A program made the position numbers and the translations under genes. The notes under the pieces were generated by a model. It saw nothing but the letters and a program-made list of their open reading frames with translations, was not told the DNA's origin and made no database searches. A stretch of 64,000 bases of DNA from Oopsacas minuta (lineage: Eukaryota > Animalia > Porifera): the NCBI GenBank assembly GCA_024704765.1, contig JAKMXF010000111.1, positions 62,001 to 126,000 on the forward strand, given 5' to 3'. Below, in pieces: positions 12,627 to 26,018 of this stretch (the first letter of the stretch is position 1; every line of letters begins with the position of its first letter).

Positions 12627-15600
12627 TTAATATCTAATAAGCCATTAGCGTCATAACAGCAAAACTAAACATATTAGTAATTTTGAAAATTTTATGAAAA
12701 GATTCTTCAAGCACTCATATAAAAGGAATTAAGAAAGAGTTCATAAGACAGCGAGAAACTCATTCAATATACATATTCACGTGATTATAATATTTCATAC
12801 TTCATAACCAGATTATAATTAGCGAATATTTCACGTTGAATAATCACAATGCATCAATCCATGAATAAAATGGCTGCATAGCACGAGTACATGAAATTAC
12901 AGCTTCATAGATAGTTCAGGTAAACCAGATTGTTTGACAAATTCATGAACCAGTAGGCATGCAATATACACTGAAATAAACAACGAAAGCTTCGGAATGG
13001 AATGCGTAATACAAAGGTGTTCAAGCGAACAAATCCTTAGTAGCTCAGCACAAGGTGTAGTGTTGTAAGAATTCAAAATTTGAATGGGTAAAACCACAAA
13101 TCAACCAAAGTTTAATCAATCTGTAGAGATTATGCATGGAGAGATTATATGATAGAGTGATACTTCCATAAACTGTACATGTGGAAACGGGGAATGTATG
13201 AAAATGGATAGAGTGAATTCTTTATTTTATATAAATGAACCTCCACAAACAAAGAATTTGGCAGAAACGAGGTAGCATTATTCGGACATCGTAATAGGCG
13301 CCAAACCCCACCTCCTGTATATTTGAAAATGGGATCTTAGATGTGTGCGACTTACAATATCAGATGATTTTCCCTTCTACGTATTACTACCCATATTCCA
13401 TATATTAACACTGGAAAATTCAATTATTAAAGAATTTCGGTAAAATATATGTAAACCTTATACGAGCGATGAAAACAGCTGTAAGGAATTCTCAACAGCA
13501 GCTGATTAAAGCATTTCTAAGTTTATTGATATGATAGTTCATTAGTAATAATCTAAAATATGCAGTACAATCAATTCCGGTAGTAATCAAGGTAACCAAA
13601 CTGCGGTTTTTAACGAGGTAGATAAACATATGGCAAACGAACAACAAACGCAATGCGAAACTACGAAAATTGAGCTCAGGCATTTTGAAAACAGTCGACA
13701 ACAATATATTTGCAACATTATAAAATGTAAGGACTTATTTCATTCAAATATGAATCATACACAGATAATATTAAAGAGCCAGATTTACTGAAAAATATTT
13801 ATGATTCAACAATTTTCAAGCCAATATTATAATGACAAATATCCGTAGGCTGTAGAGCATATGCTCGTGCGTAAAAGGCATCAATATCGATAGAATGAAC
13901 TATCATATGATGTAGGTACAAATGCTCTCGCTTAATATTATAGTAATCATGTGTGCGACGTAAAAATTAAATTACACAAATGGTAGAGCGTATAATGGCA
14001 ATTGATTCAGATACATGCTTATTAGCTCTGTGATAGAGTACAACTGTAAGGCGATACCGAAGGTAATTAACAACACTTGCAATTCTATTTAAAGGAATTT
14101 GAGGATTTTAATTGAGCCAAAACAGAGAATGCTCAGAAACTTCCAGGGCCGTGTAAGAGAGGCCCAGAACTACATTGAGGCGACAGGATACTTTTACGTG
14201 CAATCGCGTAATTAATTAAGAATCCCATTAAAGAATAATTATTAACATTAATAAAGGAAAAGGCTTCAAAATTCTCATTTATGCCCTACAATGCCATCAC
14301 AGACATTATTAATAAATAAAATATCTCGAGAGAGGCCATGTGGTGATTAATAATGTGAGAAAAATGTTAATTTTTCACGGATAATACAGTGTATACGGTT
14401 ACTATATGATATCGGATAGAAATTACAAATCAATAATCAGAGGCTGAAGTTGGCAAGATTGTCATTGTAACTCTTAAAATTCTATTCGTAATAATGCGAC
14501 TAGAAATACAATGGAATAATTATGAGTTCGATCACTGCTAAATAATTGTCGCTAATGGTAAATAGCGGATAATTCGCTAGAGTTAAGTGCGATAGGGAAT
14601 TGGGAATATCGCACTTTTGAAAAGTGGAATTTGTGATTTTGAATTCAAAGCTTACCCACAATGACTACATCCATTTAAAACATGGGGAACTTCTTGAAAA
14701 TATAGAGTAGAAGCTGAGGGAGACTTAGATTCATAATAACGCCAAAATTTGGGGCGATTTTCTACAGTATAACCTCCACAAATTAGGTTCCAGGGATTCC
14801 CTGTTTGTGGAGGTATCACTGTATATTTTTGTATATTCGAAAAATTTGATATTCTTACCGTTTTTTCTTCGCATCCTCCAAAATCTTCTTTTCTCCCGAT
14901 AAGAAGTATCTGGTAACAAATATTCACATTCTAAATACGCTTTTCCTGACTTCACAGGTATACTCTTGCTCACAGACGAAAATATAATATTCTTCGTAAG
15001 TTCAGTTGCTTTCTCCATCTTTAGAAAAGTGTAAAATCAAGTAAATTAGTGTATTCGCAGTATTTATACCAAACTCAAGTAAAGTAGATGTACTTGGTAA
15101 ATGCTATTCATATATTTCAATAGAATTCGAGGATATGGCATTCCACATTGCTGTCTATTAATAGAACTTACATAAACGATGAATATAACAATTATCGAGT
15201 GTATTTTTGTGGGAAAATAGATTATGACCTTACTTCACACCAATAAATCTGCGAATTAATTGAAACACTGCATTTATGAATAAGATATGGTTTCGAAAAT
15301 ATGGTTTTTTTGAGTAAATGATCCCTCTTTTCTACCAGTATTTTGGGGGACAAGGCAATGGAGGTCATAGGGGAAGCAATGAGGCACAGTTTCGAATATA
15401 GCGGTTCCCGCCCTGAGATCCGTGGACGCATTGGTGTTCCATGAACGACAGCAGGGGGCCCACAATAACTCAGAATTTGTGTTACAGTCTATGGGAGGGG
15501 TCCACAGAATGTCTTAAAATTGGTATAGGAAAGTGGTTCCCAACCTTTTTCACCTATCGACCCCCATACCAATTTTAACATTGGTGAACTCCTCCCATAG

Positions 15601-17357
15601 ACTGCAATACAAATTTGGAGATCATGTGGACCTCCTGCTGTCAATAGACCCCAGGCTCGGAACAGCTGGTAGAGGGGACCACCGGACACGGGAGAAAATG
15701 TTGAGAACCAATGTTCTAATTGATGTGAGAAACTAGTAATAGAATTTCTTAGACAAATATGAATAATCTCATAAACACAAGTATAATCATGAATCATCTC
15801 ATTTTCCTATGATATACTACAAATACCATTGGCCAATAAGAACCATAATAAACAGTAAAATGTAATTACTCACAAAGGAAGCAACTTAATGAATAGACTG
15901 GCCACACGTATACAGCTCATGGCTTGTAATTAATTATATCACGTTAATTAGCCACCGGCAGGAATGTAAAACTTGTACGAAAGCCCTGGAGATATTCTCT
16001 GATGCGATTAGATTTCTATAGAATATGTACACGTAAGCGAAAGCTATTACACTTGGGGAGAGAGGAGTATTGTCAGCGATAATGCGATAAGAAATTCTAA
16101 CTTGTCCAGATAATGGAGGATAAGGATACATTCATATATGAAGTTTATTAAGTTATCGACAAAAATGAACAGACATTACAAGGCCGTAGCAAGTAGATTT
16201 CAATTAGTCAGATTTATCTTTACGAAATATATCATGTGAATAATACTCTTATTTCTATATCAATGAAAACATTGGTCAATTTGAAACCAGACCAACTGGA
16301 CCCTCTTGGGGAAAGGAAGCTGAAGATCTCCTAATCGCCCCTTACAAATTCTGGATCCGCCCCTGAAAATCGGTCATATTCAAAAATAAAGAACAAAACA
16401 GAAATTTTGGCGTCGTTCTTAACATAAACCATACTTCCAAATATTCTGCGGTGTACATTCGGAAAATACAAATTTCTGGAATCAAAACCAAGAAATTGCT
16501 AATAGACTACGTACAATAATTAACATGAGAATGTAATTAGAGAATATTGCCTGATTCAAGCATTGTATTTGTACCACGTGCTAATTAACTCAATCAAAAA
16601 CCAATAGTGAGAGTCAGAATATGATTCTAAAAATGCCGATCAAAAAGTGCTGTGTTGTAAATACGTAATAGTTGTTTCTTGTCATGACTAAGATTGTGGT
16701 AGAAGTTTGTGAAGATTCGACGTAGTATCTAACACGTATGGTATTTACCTCGTAATCATGTGTGCTATCGCTGAATTATGAAATCAGAATTCTCACAAAT
16801 TCTACAATCATTTTGCAGTAAATAAATTCAGGACACTGGACTTATTTTGGAGTGATCAACTCCAGTTATATCGATGCTCAAGGGACCGCGATAATTACTT
16901 CGACATAACAGGAGGTGACTGTAGTAGGTCGAATTGCAAAGTATCCATTTCATGATTTTTGCTTTGGAAAACAATCTTACAAGAGTAATACTAGCACGAG
17001 ACGTTATCACCTGTAATACAATACATATATGTGTGTGTGTTAATTGCCTTCTAATATGTATCAAATTATCAAAATAGTTGAGATATGATTTATCCACCTG
17101 CAAGTACTAAAGTATCCTATATCCACATCAACACTAAATATACTACGATAATCAAGTTCGAAGAGACCAGACTTCATGAAATTATGAGGTGTTAAAAGTG
17201 CTTTACACATGCGAAATTCGTACTTCACTCTATATCGGCTGTTCAAACAATACGTACGCTTCAAGGGGAGGAGGTGGTATAACTGGTATGCGAAGTGTAA
17301 CAGGCCCAAATATGATCACATGCGACATTGAAATCCAGCATAAATCCACTATAAATA

Positions 17358-17501
17358 CAGTCAACTCCCGTTCGAAATACCCGCTTATATCGAAGTCTGG
17401 AATTGTACAAATATGCTCCCAAAACTGTCAAAGTAACATAATTTCATTGGTCAAATCGAAGTAATTAGCGCGGTCCCTTGAGCTTAGATATAACAGGAGT
17501 T
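17358..17501. mobile_element. Tigger/pogo-like MITE family B (TA-CAGTCAACTC ends)
   Basis: TA CAGTCAACTCCCG...TTATATCGAAGT...GTCCCTTGAGCTT...ATAACAGGAGTT. Copies at about 1647-1800, 8555-8726, 16858-16921, 28333-28587, 37569-37640 and 62171-62276. Confidence 0.8.
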
Positions 17502-18056
17502 TATAGAAGGTCATGATATAGAATTTTCAAATCCAAAGACTCAACTTACCAAGCACAAAATTTCTAATAAGAAAGCAAACTATCTCTCAAAAACCAATTG
17601 AACTATATACATAAAACAGGAAAAAACGCGAACTAATTTCTTGAGTAATTTCGCTTTACAGCTATTTATCCAAACGACAGGACTGTTCCACTATGGATGT
17701 ACCAAGTACATCAGCATATAATAATATCACGCCACATTCCTACTAGAGTCTCGATTAGGTTCTTGTGACTTGTTTGCTTATTACTCAATACTAGACCACT
17801 ATCTGTTTTGATATCCACATGTAGATTACATTCCTAGCAACCTAATTGGTAGTTTGGAATGTACACTCCAAATACCAATTACCCATGTCAGCACGGACTT
17901 ACATTTTTGTACGATTCATACAGATACCGAGTATAGAATCCACAAATTCAGAGACTATTATAAATCTAACATATTTCCCCATTGAATGTATCAGTTGATC
18001 AAACAGCTGATCTTTCTAATAATTACCATAACCATTCCATTATAATTATAATTAGA

Positions 18057-19440
18057 TCATATATTATGGGTCTACCTCCTGGCTACACAGCACGAGTATT
18101 ACGCACTATATCCAGTAGTAAGGCTAGTCGTCATATCCGTGCTGCGTTAAGACGTAAGAATGAGTTTGATCCTGTGTTAGAGAGAGGGGCCCGTTATGAT
18201 ACTACACGGATACCTGTAAGAGAGGTTAATAGGGAGTGGTGGCATAATGCACTCTCTGGGAGGAGAGCACATCTCAGGATTGGTGAGTTGTGATTAGAAT
18301 GTGTATAGTGTTGTCGAATCAAAGAATTTCGGATTAATCCTGGTGAAGTTGGGATATGGGAACCTGCACGAACAATCAATAGTATAACCGCCACAAACCA
18401 TGGACGCCGATAATCTATCCCATTTTCCTGTTTCTGCCCAATTCGCAGTTTGTGGAGGTTCAAATGTATGGGACTAGGAATTCCCTCTATTAATTTTTCA
18501 CTCCGTTTCCTCAGGCCCGTTTGTGGAGATCACAGTATACGTATTATATCACACATTACATATTTTCTATAGGAATCTACTATGAAATATTCCAACAGCT
18601 CTTACAATGTTCACCATACACACCAATAGGCAATTTCACTGTAACATACCCTCCCATAGGATATAAGCAATCAAATGCCGAATCAGCTGATCACCCAGCT
18701 GAGGTAGAACAAATGCCTGTACTATTAGGTAACACAATATTACCTAAATCAGCTGCTGTACAACCTAATGTCGATATAGACTGGTCGCTTTTTAACACTG
18801 AATATGCTAGTGTGTTCCTAACAAATCCTGATGGATATCTTATTGATACACAGTACGAAATACTGCATTGGTTAGTCACGAATATTCCTAGAGGCAAATC
18901 ACTGGTTGATGGACAAGTAATGAAGGAGTATATGCGACCATTGCCTTTCTATGGGACAGGGTTACATAGGTTAGTTAAATCTACATCCATAGTCCAATAA
19001 TATAATCAGTGTTGTCTGATTATATTACTGGACTATCGATGTAGATTCCCGTAAGTAAAATGTTCATGCCAAAGTTCACTTTTTTGCTTACTGTATAATT
19101 TTAACATTTTTCATTTAGATTTGTATTTTTCTTGATAGAGCATAACAAACCGATCACTTACACCCATACCCAGGCCTCAAGCCCTTCACCTCCTATCTCA
19201 AAGTTCGAAGAACGTATCTTTCAAACTTCTAAATTCCTTTCTGACAACCAAATCGTACCATCGGAATGTGTTAGTTTTCGATTATTCCAAAGCATGTGGG
19301 ATACAAGTGTAAGCACTTATCTTATTGAAGAGTTAAAAATCGCAGAACCTTATTATAAATTCGATGTCCCATTAACCAGAGGACAGATTAAGCATAATAA
19401 GATCAGAGAAGTTAGGAGCAATAAGTTTAGGATAAAATAA
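18057..19440 (+). CDS. MRPL38: Mitochondrial ribosomal protein L38 (PEBP fold); 5' exon not resolved
   Basis: Exons 18057-18282 (GLPP...ERGAR...IPVREVNREW), 18573-18969 (LTNPDG...EILHWLVTNIP...EYMRPLP..GTGLHR) and 19119-19440 (FVFFLIEH...FQSMWD). GT-AG boundaries; the PEBP signature is preceded by an L38-type N-terminal region. Confidence 0.8.
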
Positions 19441-19907
19441 CTGTATTTATATGTGATTTACTAGAGAATTATCCCAGATTTCCATTCATATCCAAAAGGA
19501 AATTATCCAGAATTTTTAACAATTCTGGAAATTTTGCTATTTTTGCTATATTTCTGGATATTTTCGGGTGAAATTCAGGGACTTGGCAATGAAAGTCGCA
19601 GGAATTTTACATAACGAGGTGGTAAGTAGGCTCGTCTGGATGATTGCTAAAGCCCGATACCAGTGGTTTCCAACCTTTTCCATCCTGTGAACACCTATAT
19701 ACCAATTCACACAATCTGTGGACCCCTCTCATAGATTGCAATGCAATTTTGAGCTCCTGTGGGCTGCTATCGTCCACGGACCAAGAGGTCCATGATCACT
19801 TACCTACACATTTGACACAGAGCAGGTCACTTTGGTCCCATAATAGACAAATATGACTTTATGATTTTCCAATACACAATTAGCTAGCAACCCATTTCCT
19901 TACAAAA

Positions 19908-22900
19908 ATGCTTGGATCAAACTCATCCGAACGTTTATACGTCATAAAACGCAATGGAATGCGAGAAAACGTCATGTTCGACAAGATAACCTCCAGGATA
20001 AAGAAACTATGCTACGGACTATCTGATAGATACGTAGATCCAGTGCAGATAACAATGAAAGCAATTTCTGGTATGTTATTCGTATTATATCATATTATTG
20101 TTATAAGCAGCTGCTCTATCGTATCTGTATATATAATTCATAGTGTGTGGGTCATTTATTAATATACACACGATTTATTCGTTGTTTAAATACGAAAATT
20201 CTTTGTATAATTCAGCTATGAAATAGTATTATAATTTGCTGACTTCAGCAAGGACATCTCCTTATATGGAGTTTGAATTATACAATTACCGATCATTTAT
20301 CGTAGGAATATATCCTGGAGTAACTACTAATGAGCTTGACAACTTAGCCGCAGAAATAGCTGCTACAATGGCCACAATACACCCTGACTATGCTAAGCTT
20401 GCTGGTAGAATAGCTGTGTCTAATCTTCATAAAGAATCACAGAAAACATTTTCAACTGTAATAGAGATGTTATATACACATCGTGATAAAGATACAGGTA
20501 TGTAATATAACATCCACAAACGGGGCCTGTGGAAACTGGAACCTTCTGGAAATTGTATGAAGAATAAATTGAGTGAATCCCTAGTCCCAAACAAATGAAC
20601 CTCCACAACGGGGTAGCACTTTCGGTGTCCCTGGCACACGTTTGTGGAGATTACACTGTATATATTGAACCATGGATGGTGGATTTGGTTTATTTATGTA
20701 AAATACGAATTTTCCCACAAATACATAGAACAGCATCCAAGCAGATAACCAAATCCGTCATCCATGGTTAAATATCTAATAGCTAATTGTTTCTTTGTTT
20801 GCATATCCCTCTAGATATGAACACTCCTATGATATCAAAAGCAACGTATGACGTAGTAATGAAGTACTCAGATAAACTTAATTCTGCTATAATATTTGAC
20901 AGAGATTTTGATTTATCATATTTTGGCTTCAAAACACTTGAGAGAAGTTATCTGTTGAAAATACACGGAAAAGTTGTAGAGAGACCTCAGCATCTATTCA
21001 TGCGGGTAGCTGTTGGTAAGTTATTGATCGTTCGTACTTGTTACTTTGACGGTTTGGGAACCATATTTGTACAATTTCACACTTCATATAACCTGAGTTG
21101 ACTTTACTTATTCAAATACCAATCTTCCACTCAGGTATCCATGGTGATACAGAAGACCTAGACGCAATATTCGAAACATACCGTCTCATGTCAGAGCGAT
21201 GGTTCACACACGCAAGCCCAACCCTCTTCAACGCCGGTACATGTATGCCCCAACTCTCTTCATGCTTTCTAGTAGCTATGAAGGACGATAGTATAGACGG
21301 TATCTATGAAACCTTAAAAGAATGTGCTCTGATATCAAAGTTTGCTGGTGGAATAGGTCTACATGTACATAATATACGTTCTAAGGGTAGTTTTATAGCT
21401 GGCACTAATGGTACTAGTAATGGACTTACTCCAATGTTGAAGGTGTACAATAGTACAGCAAGGTAAGTGTGTTTGGTATTGGATTAATGGAGTTGATTGT
21501 ATTATGAATATGGCTGTAATCAGTGGCTGTCCTAAGTGGGTAACCTTGCATTTGCCGCCGGTTTGAAATCTCGGTCTGCACCGTTCTGCCAGATCCTGGC
21601 CCCCTGACTGTAATATAAGTAATTTTGGTTATATTTATTATTAGAAACGTTGCGTTTCGGAGGCTTAAAATATTGCAAGTATGCAAGGTAAAGTAACATT
21701 CACAATCCATGGTTACTGTCCGTATTTCATTCTTTGTTTGACTTCCTCCATATTTTCACCCTGTGCTTCAAGAGGTATTATTAATCCAGCCATTTCACTT
21801 CAAATTTTGATTGTTTGAGCATTTTCTTCTATACTAATTTCCCTATCTTTCTAATGCGAATATTCCCGTATATTTTCATTATAACAATCTAATCATTATT
21901 AACACATAGGCCCTAATTAAAAACATTTTTTTCGCATATACTCTTTAATTAGCAGCAGGTGTGTATTCTAATCTGCAACCTTATTACTCTGATTATAGTT
22001 TAATCTACGAACTAATCATTATATGATCAAAAGGTTAAAAGTTCATGTATACTGAGACTACCAAATGTTGTGGCTAATTAACTCTTCTGTTACAGAGTGT
22101 TAGTGCAATTCAGCAATTGATTGAGCTTGTTTAAACTATTATATGGAGTCAGTTATATCTATGGGGCTCTACGTCAGATCTCAATATGTATAAGTCATTA
22201 TTAGAATGTCGTCAAAAATTGCGCTTTTTACAGCTCCCACAAAATCGTTATAAGCGAAATGAAACTGGGTCAATTACTTTCAAGCTATAGGGGGTAAAAA
22301 ATTACTTCATTATATCCCACCTAATTATGCCTGGAATGTACAGTATCACGATTCTAGGTATGTGGACCAAGGTGGGAACAAACGCCCTGGTGCATTCGCT
22401 ATCTACCTCGAGCCCTGGCATCCTGATATCTTCGAGTTCCTTGATATACGAAAGAACACTGGGAAAGAGGAGCAAAGAGCTCGGGACCTTTTCAATGCGT
22501 TATGGATACCTGATTTATTTATGAAGCGAGTTGAACAGGATTTAGAATGGTCGTTTATGTGTCCACGGAGTTGTCCAGGGCTATCTGATTGTTGGGGAAA
22601 AGATTTTGAGGTTCTGTACACGAAATATGAGAGTGAAGGACGTTACGTTAAACAAATGAAAGCGCAGAAAGTTTGGTTCGCGATTTTAGAATCGCAAATC
22701 GAAACAGGTAAGAATTTTGAGTTACAAATTGTCTTGCAAATTTTGTTAATACAAATGGGGAATTGTTAGTGCAGCTCCCTTAGGGAGATGAGCTAATGGA
22801 TGGATGAAGTGCCACGTCCGTACGTGCGGTCTTGAGAAACCTAGCGGTCGATTGGGATGAAAATTGGCATCCCAATCGAACCGCCTTTTGGGTGTAGATT

Positions 22901-25304
22901 TGCAGATTGGGTATGAACTTTTTCACAACTTTTGGTGATTAATCATATTTTCACATATTTCTCTGTAAGATTCGATTAGATCCTTGAGTTTTGCTTTCAA
23001 CTAGTTGTCAGGTAAAGGCAACCTGACGTCACTGTCAAAGCCATTATTGTCTAACAATTATTCTGATTTTATTGAAGTGGAAATTGGTTACAAATGTTAC
23101 TCTAATCATGCTACATAAAACAATCTTGTCTTGTAACTGACTTTATCAACGAATTTACAAATAATGTAATAGAAATCTTATAATAATCTATGAATTTAAT
23201 CCATTTTCTTAGGCGCGATTATCAAAACATTTTCATACAAAATGACAAAACGTTTTGTAAGTTTCTGATTGAAATTGTTTATTGTTTGAATCATAGACCA
23301 CAACCTATCAATTTCCATATGCTAGTCATCACACCGATTTAACGGTTTATTGAAAAATATATTCAAGTGAGGATAATAGTTTCTTTGAAAAATATGACCC
23401 TAACATAAGTCAGCGTTTCCCGCAGTATTTTGGGATTGCGTGCGCCTCTATTGCTTATACATGTACTAAATCCTAGGCAGAGACTTTTCATTTTAACGCA
23501 GCTAGCTATTCTAACGCGTCATTCAGCGGGGAAAACTGCATTGAGTGGTTAATTAAAATAATTTTCAGGAATACGTCGGATTTTTAAGATTCGTAATACA
23601 AGCTATCGCTACAAATGCTGGTCAAATCGTTTATTCACATATCACACTATTACCATGCATAGGAACACCTTACATGCTCTACAAAGATTCTTGTAACCGT
23701 AAAAGTAACCAGCAGAATCTCGGTACAATAAAGAGCTCTAATCTGTGTACAGAGATTATAGAATATTCCAGTCCGGATGAAACAGCTGTTTGTAATCTAG
23801 CTTCTATAGCACTATCTCGATATGTAGAGAAGATTGCAGATGAGTATATATTCAATTTTAAAACATTACATCATGTCACTAAGGTTGTTATGATACTGCA
23901 TTTCATAAACATCCTTTGTAATTCAAAATTCATAATTTCCAGTGTTTCTAGGTAGCAACCCGTAATCTTAACAAGATAATCGACATAAACCATTACCCAG
24001 TCCCAGAAGCAAAGCGTTCTAATTTCAGACACAGACCTATAGGAATAGGAGTACAAGGATTAGCTGATACATTCATATTAATGAGAATGCCATTTGACTC
24101 GGAGACAGCACGTGCGTTAAACCGCGAAATATTCGAGACAATATACCATGGTGCTTTAGAAGCATCATGCGAACTCGCGAAAATTGACGGCTACTACGAA
24201 TCATACCCTGATTCACCTGTCAGTAAAGGAATCCTCCAATACGATTTCTGGGGCGTGCAACCTGGACCCCTTTGGGACTGGAAATCACTTAAGGAAGATA
24301 TCCATAAGCACGGAATAAGAAATAGTCTATTGGTAGCTCCAATGCCAACAGCTTCTACTGCCCAGATACTCGGTAATAACGAATCTATTGAGCCTTTTAC
24401 ATCGAATATTTATACACGAAGAGTTTTAGCTGGTGAGTTGAAATTCAGTTTTATTTTTTCGAAAAATTAGCCGATATTTTTCGATATTTACGAAATTGAT
24501 ATTCGTCAAACCTTGTTTTTTCACCGATTTTTGACTGAATTAGCCCGCTGTTAGTTGGGAACTTGTTTCAGTTCCACCGCCCGCATCAAGTTTACCTGTC
24601 GTGCATGAATATTGTCATTATCTCACGATTTTTTCAGTGAAACTCAACTGCACAATATACTTCTAACTAACAGGTTAATAGTAATCTCACAGACCAACTT
24701 GAAAATATTTCATGATAGTATCATTGAATTTTTCCATGAATTGGCCATTCTGTAGTATTATGTTAAGGTCATTAAATATTGAAATGCCATCCGCATGTAT
24801 AGATGTACATCATGTGAAACAGGGCCCTTATACAATTCAATTCTAGGAGAATTCCAAGTTATCAACAAACATCTACTTGCTGATTTAGTCGATCTTAACA
24901 TATGGAATGATCGAATAAAGAATCAACTAATTGCTGATAGAGGTTCAGTACAAAACATTAAACAAATCCCAGATTATTTAAAAGCATTATACCGTACAGT
25001 TTGGGAGATTCCACAACGTTCTATCATTGACATGGCAGCTGACAGATCCGCTTATATTTGCCAATCGCAATCACTGAATATTCACATGGCCGAGCCGAGC
25101 TTTTCTAAGTTGACAAGCATGCATTTTTACGGTTGGATGAAAGGCTTAAAATGCGGGATGTATTATTTACGAACACGGCCAGCTGCCGATGCGATACAGT
25201 TCACAGTTGATAAGCAGAACCTCAAAAGTCCCGTCGCAGTCAGCGAAGAGACGCCAGAGCATTCATGTCCCATGGAAGAAGGCTGTATGTCATGTAGTTC
25301 ATAA
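19908..25304 (+). CDS. RRM1: Ribonucleoside-diphosphate reductase large subunit (class Ia)
   Basis: Eight exons (19908-20070, 20306-20497, 20815-21015, 21135-21462, 22358-22707, 23663-23883, 23952-24432, 24847-25304). ATP cone VIKRNG...[66 protein letters not shown] and C-terminal CxxC. Confidence 0.98.
20503..20658. mobile_element. Tc1/mariner-like MITE family D (CAGTGTAA(T/C)CTCCACAAAC ends)
   Basis: Right end GTTTGTGGAGATTACACTG-TA. Relatives at about 9965-10081, 14765-14821, 18447-18538, 32775-32856, 40293-40374 and 49273-49376. Confidence 0.75.
20670..20767. mobile_element. piggyBac-like MITE, family C
   Basis: CCATGGATGGTGGATTTGG ... CCAAATCCGTCATCCATGG TTAA, in RRM1 intron 2. Confidence 0.7.
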
Positions 25305-25820
25305 ACAAACAGTATTATGTTAGTAGGAAACTGTTGTTTATTTGTTGATTACCAAACTATGGTAGATTACATCTTTTGGTCATTAGGACGTATGAGTTAT
25401 ATGAAAGGTTATCAGGATATATTTGTTTCTTTGAACGATTGACCGGTGACCATATTAAGTGGTGGTCCAGGGAGAGAGGGCGAACAGGGGATTGGCCTCG
25501 ATTTTGCCAGATCCTCAGACCACCGCTGCCCATTTTATAATAAGGTTTTGCACCGGGCTATGCAAAATCCTGGGACCGCCCCTTCAGCCCTTTTACTAGA
25601 AAATATGACTACTGCATTAGAAATACACGATGAGCACTAAATATGTGAATAATGTAATACAAATTTTGCCACAAATGCTGTTAGCGTATTTGTGAAAATT
25701 TTCGAGATATAGTTTTTGCACACAAATTATGGATATTACCTTTACAGGAATTTTCATTCGCGAATATTTTTCCTGGATTTTTGTGTTATGGCATATATGC
25801 TTAATTATATTATTAGCACC

Positions 25821-26018
25821 ATGTTCCTGATGTATTACATTGACATTGACACGAATCAACGTGTATACACACTAGCTAAAACAGATCCATACGATAAACC
25901 TACTCTATCAGCTCACCCAGCACGTTTCTCACCAGATGACAAATTCTCTAAGTATCGGATTAAGCTGAAGAAAAGATTTGGTATATTACTTACACAACAA
26001 CCTGCTCCTTGTTATTAG
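25821..26018 (+). CDS. NOP10: H/ACA snoRNP subunit NOP10, intronless
   Basis: MFLMYY...RVYTL...[17 protein letters not shown]...KKRF..LLTQQP matches the NOP10 signature. The true start is the ATG at 25821, not the upstream ORF-track start. Confidence 0.95.
   Translation: MFLMYYIDIDTNQRVYTLAKTDPYDKPTLSAHPARFSPDDKFSKYRIKLKKRFGILLTQQPAPCY

Noticed and set aside
15222-15797. Several overlapping ORFs in the track
   Set aside because: They overlap family A MITE sequence and show no protein motifs.
22765-22860. GC-richer intronic stretch with TAGTGCAGCTC, tRNA/SINE-like
   Set aside because: No B box or cloverleaf could be built.
25240-25304. Short RRM1 C-terminal tail ([14 protein letters not shown])
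   Set aside because: The redox CxxC is retained, and linker length varies normally among RRM1 proteins.
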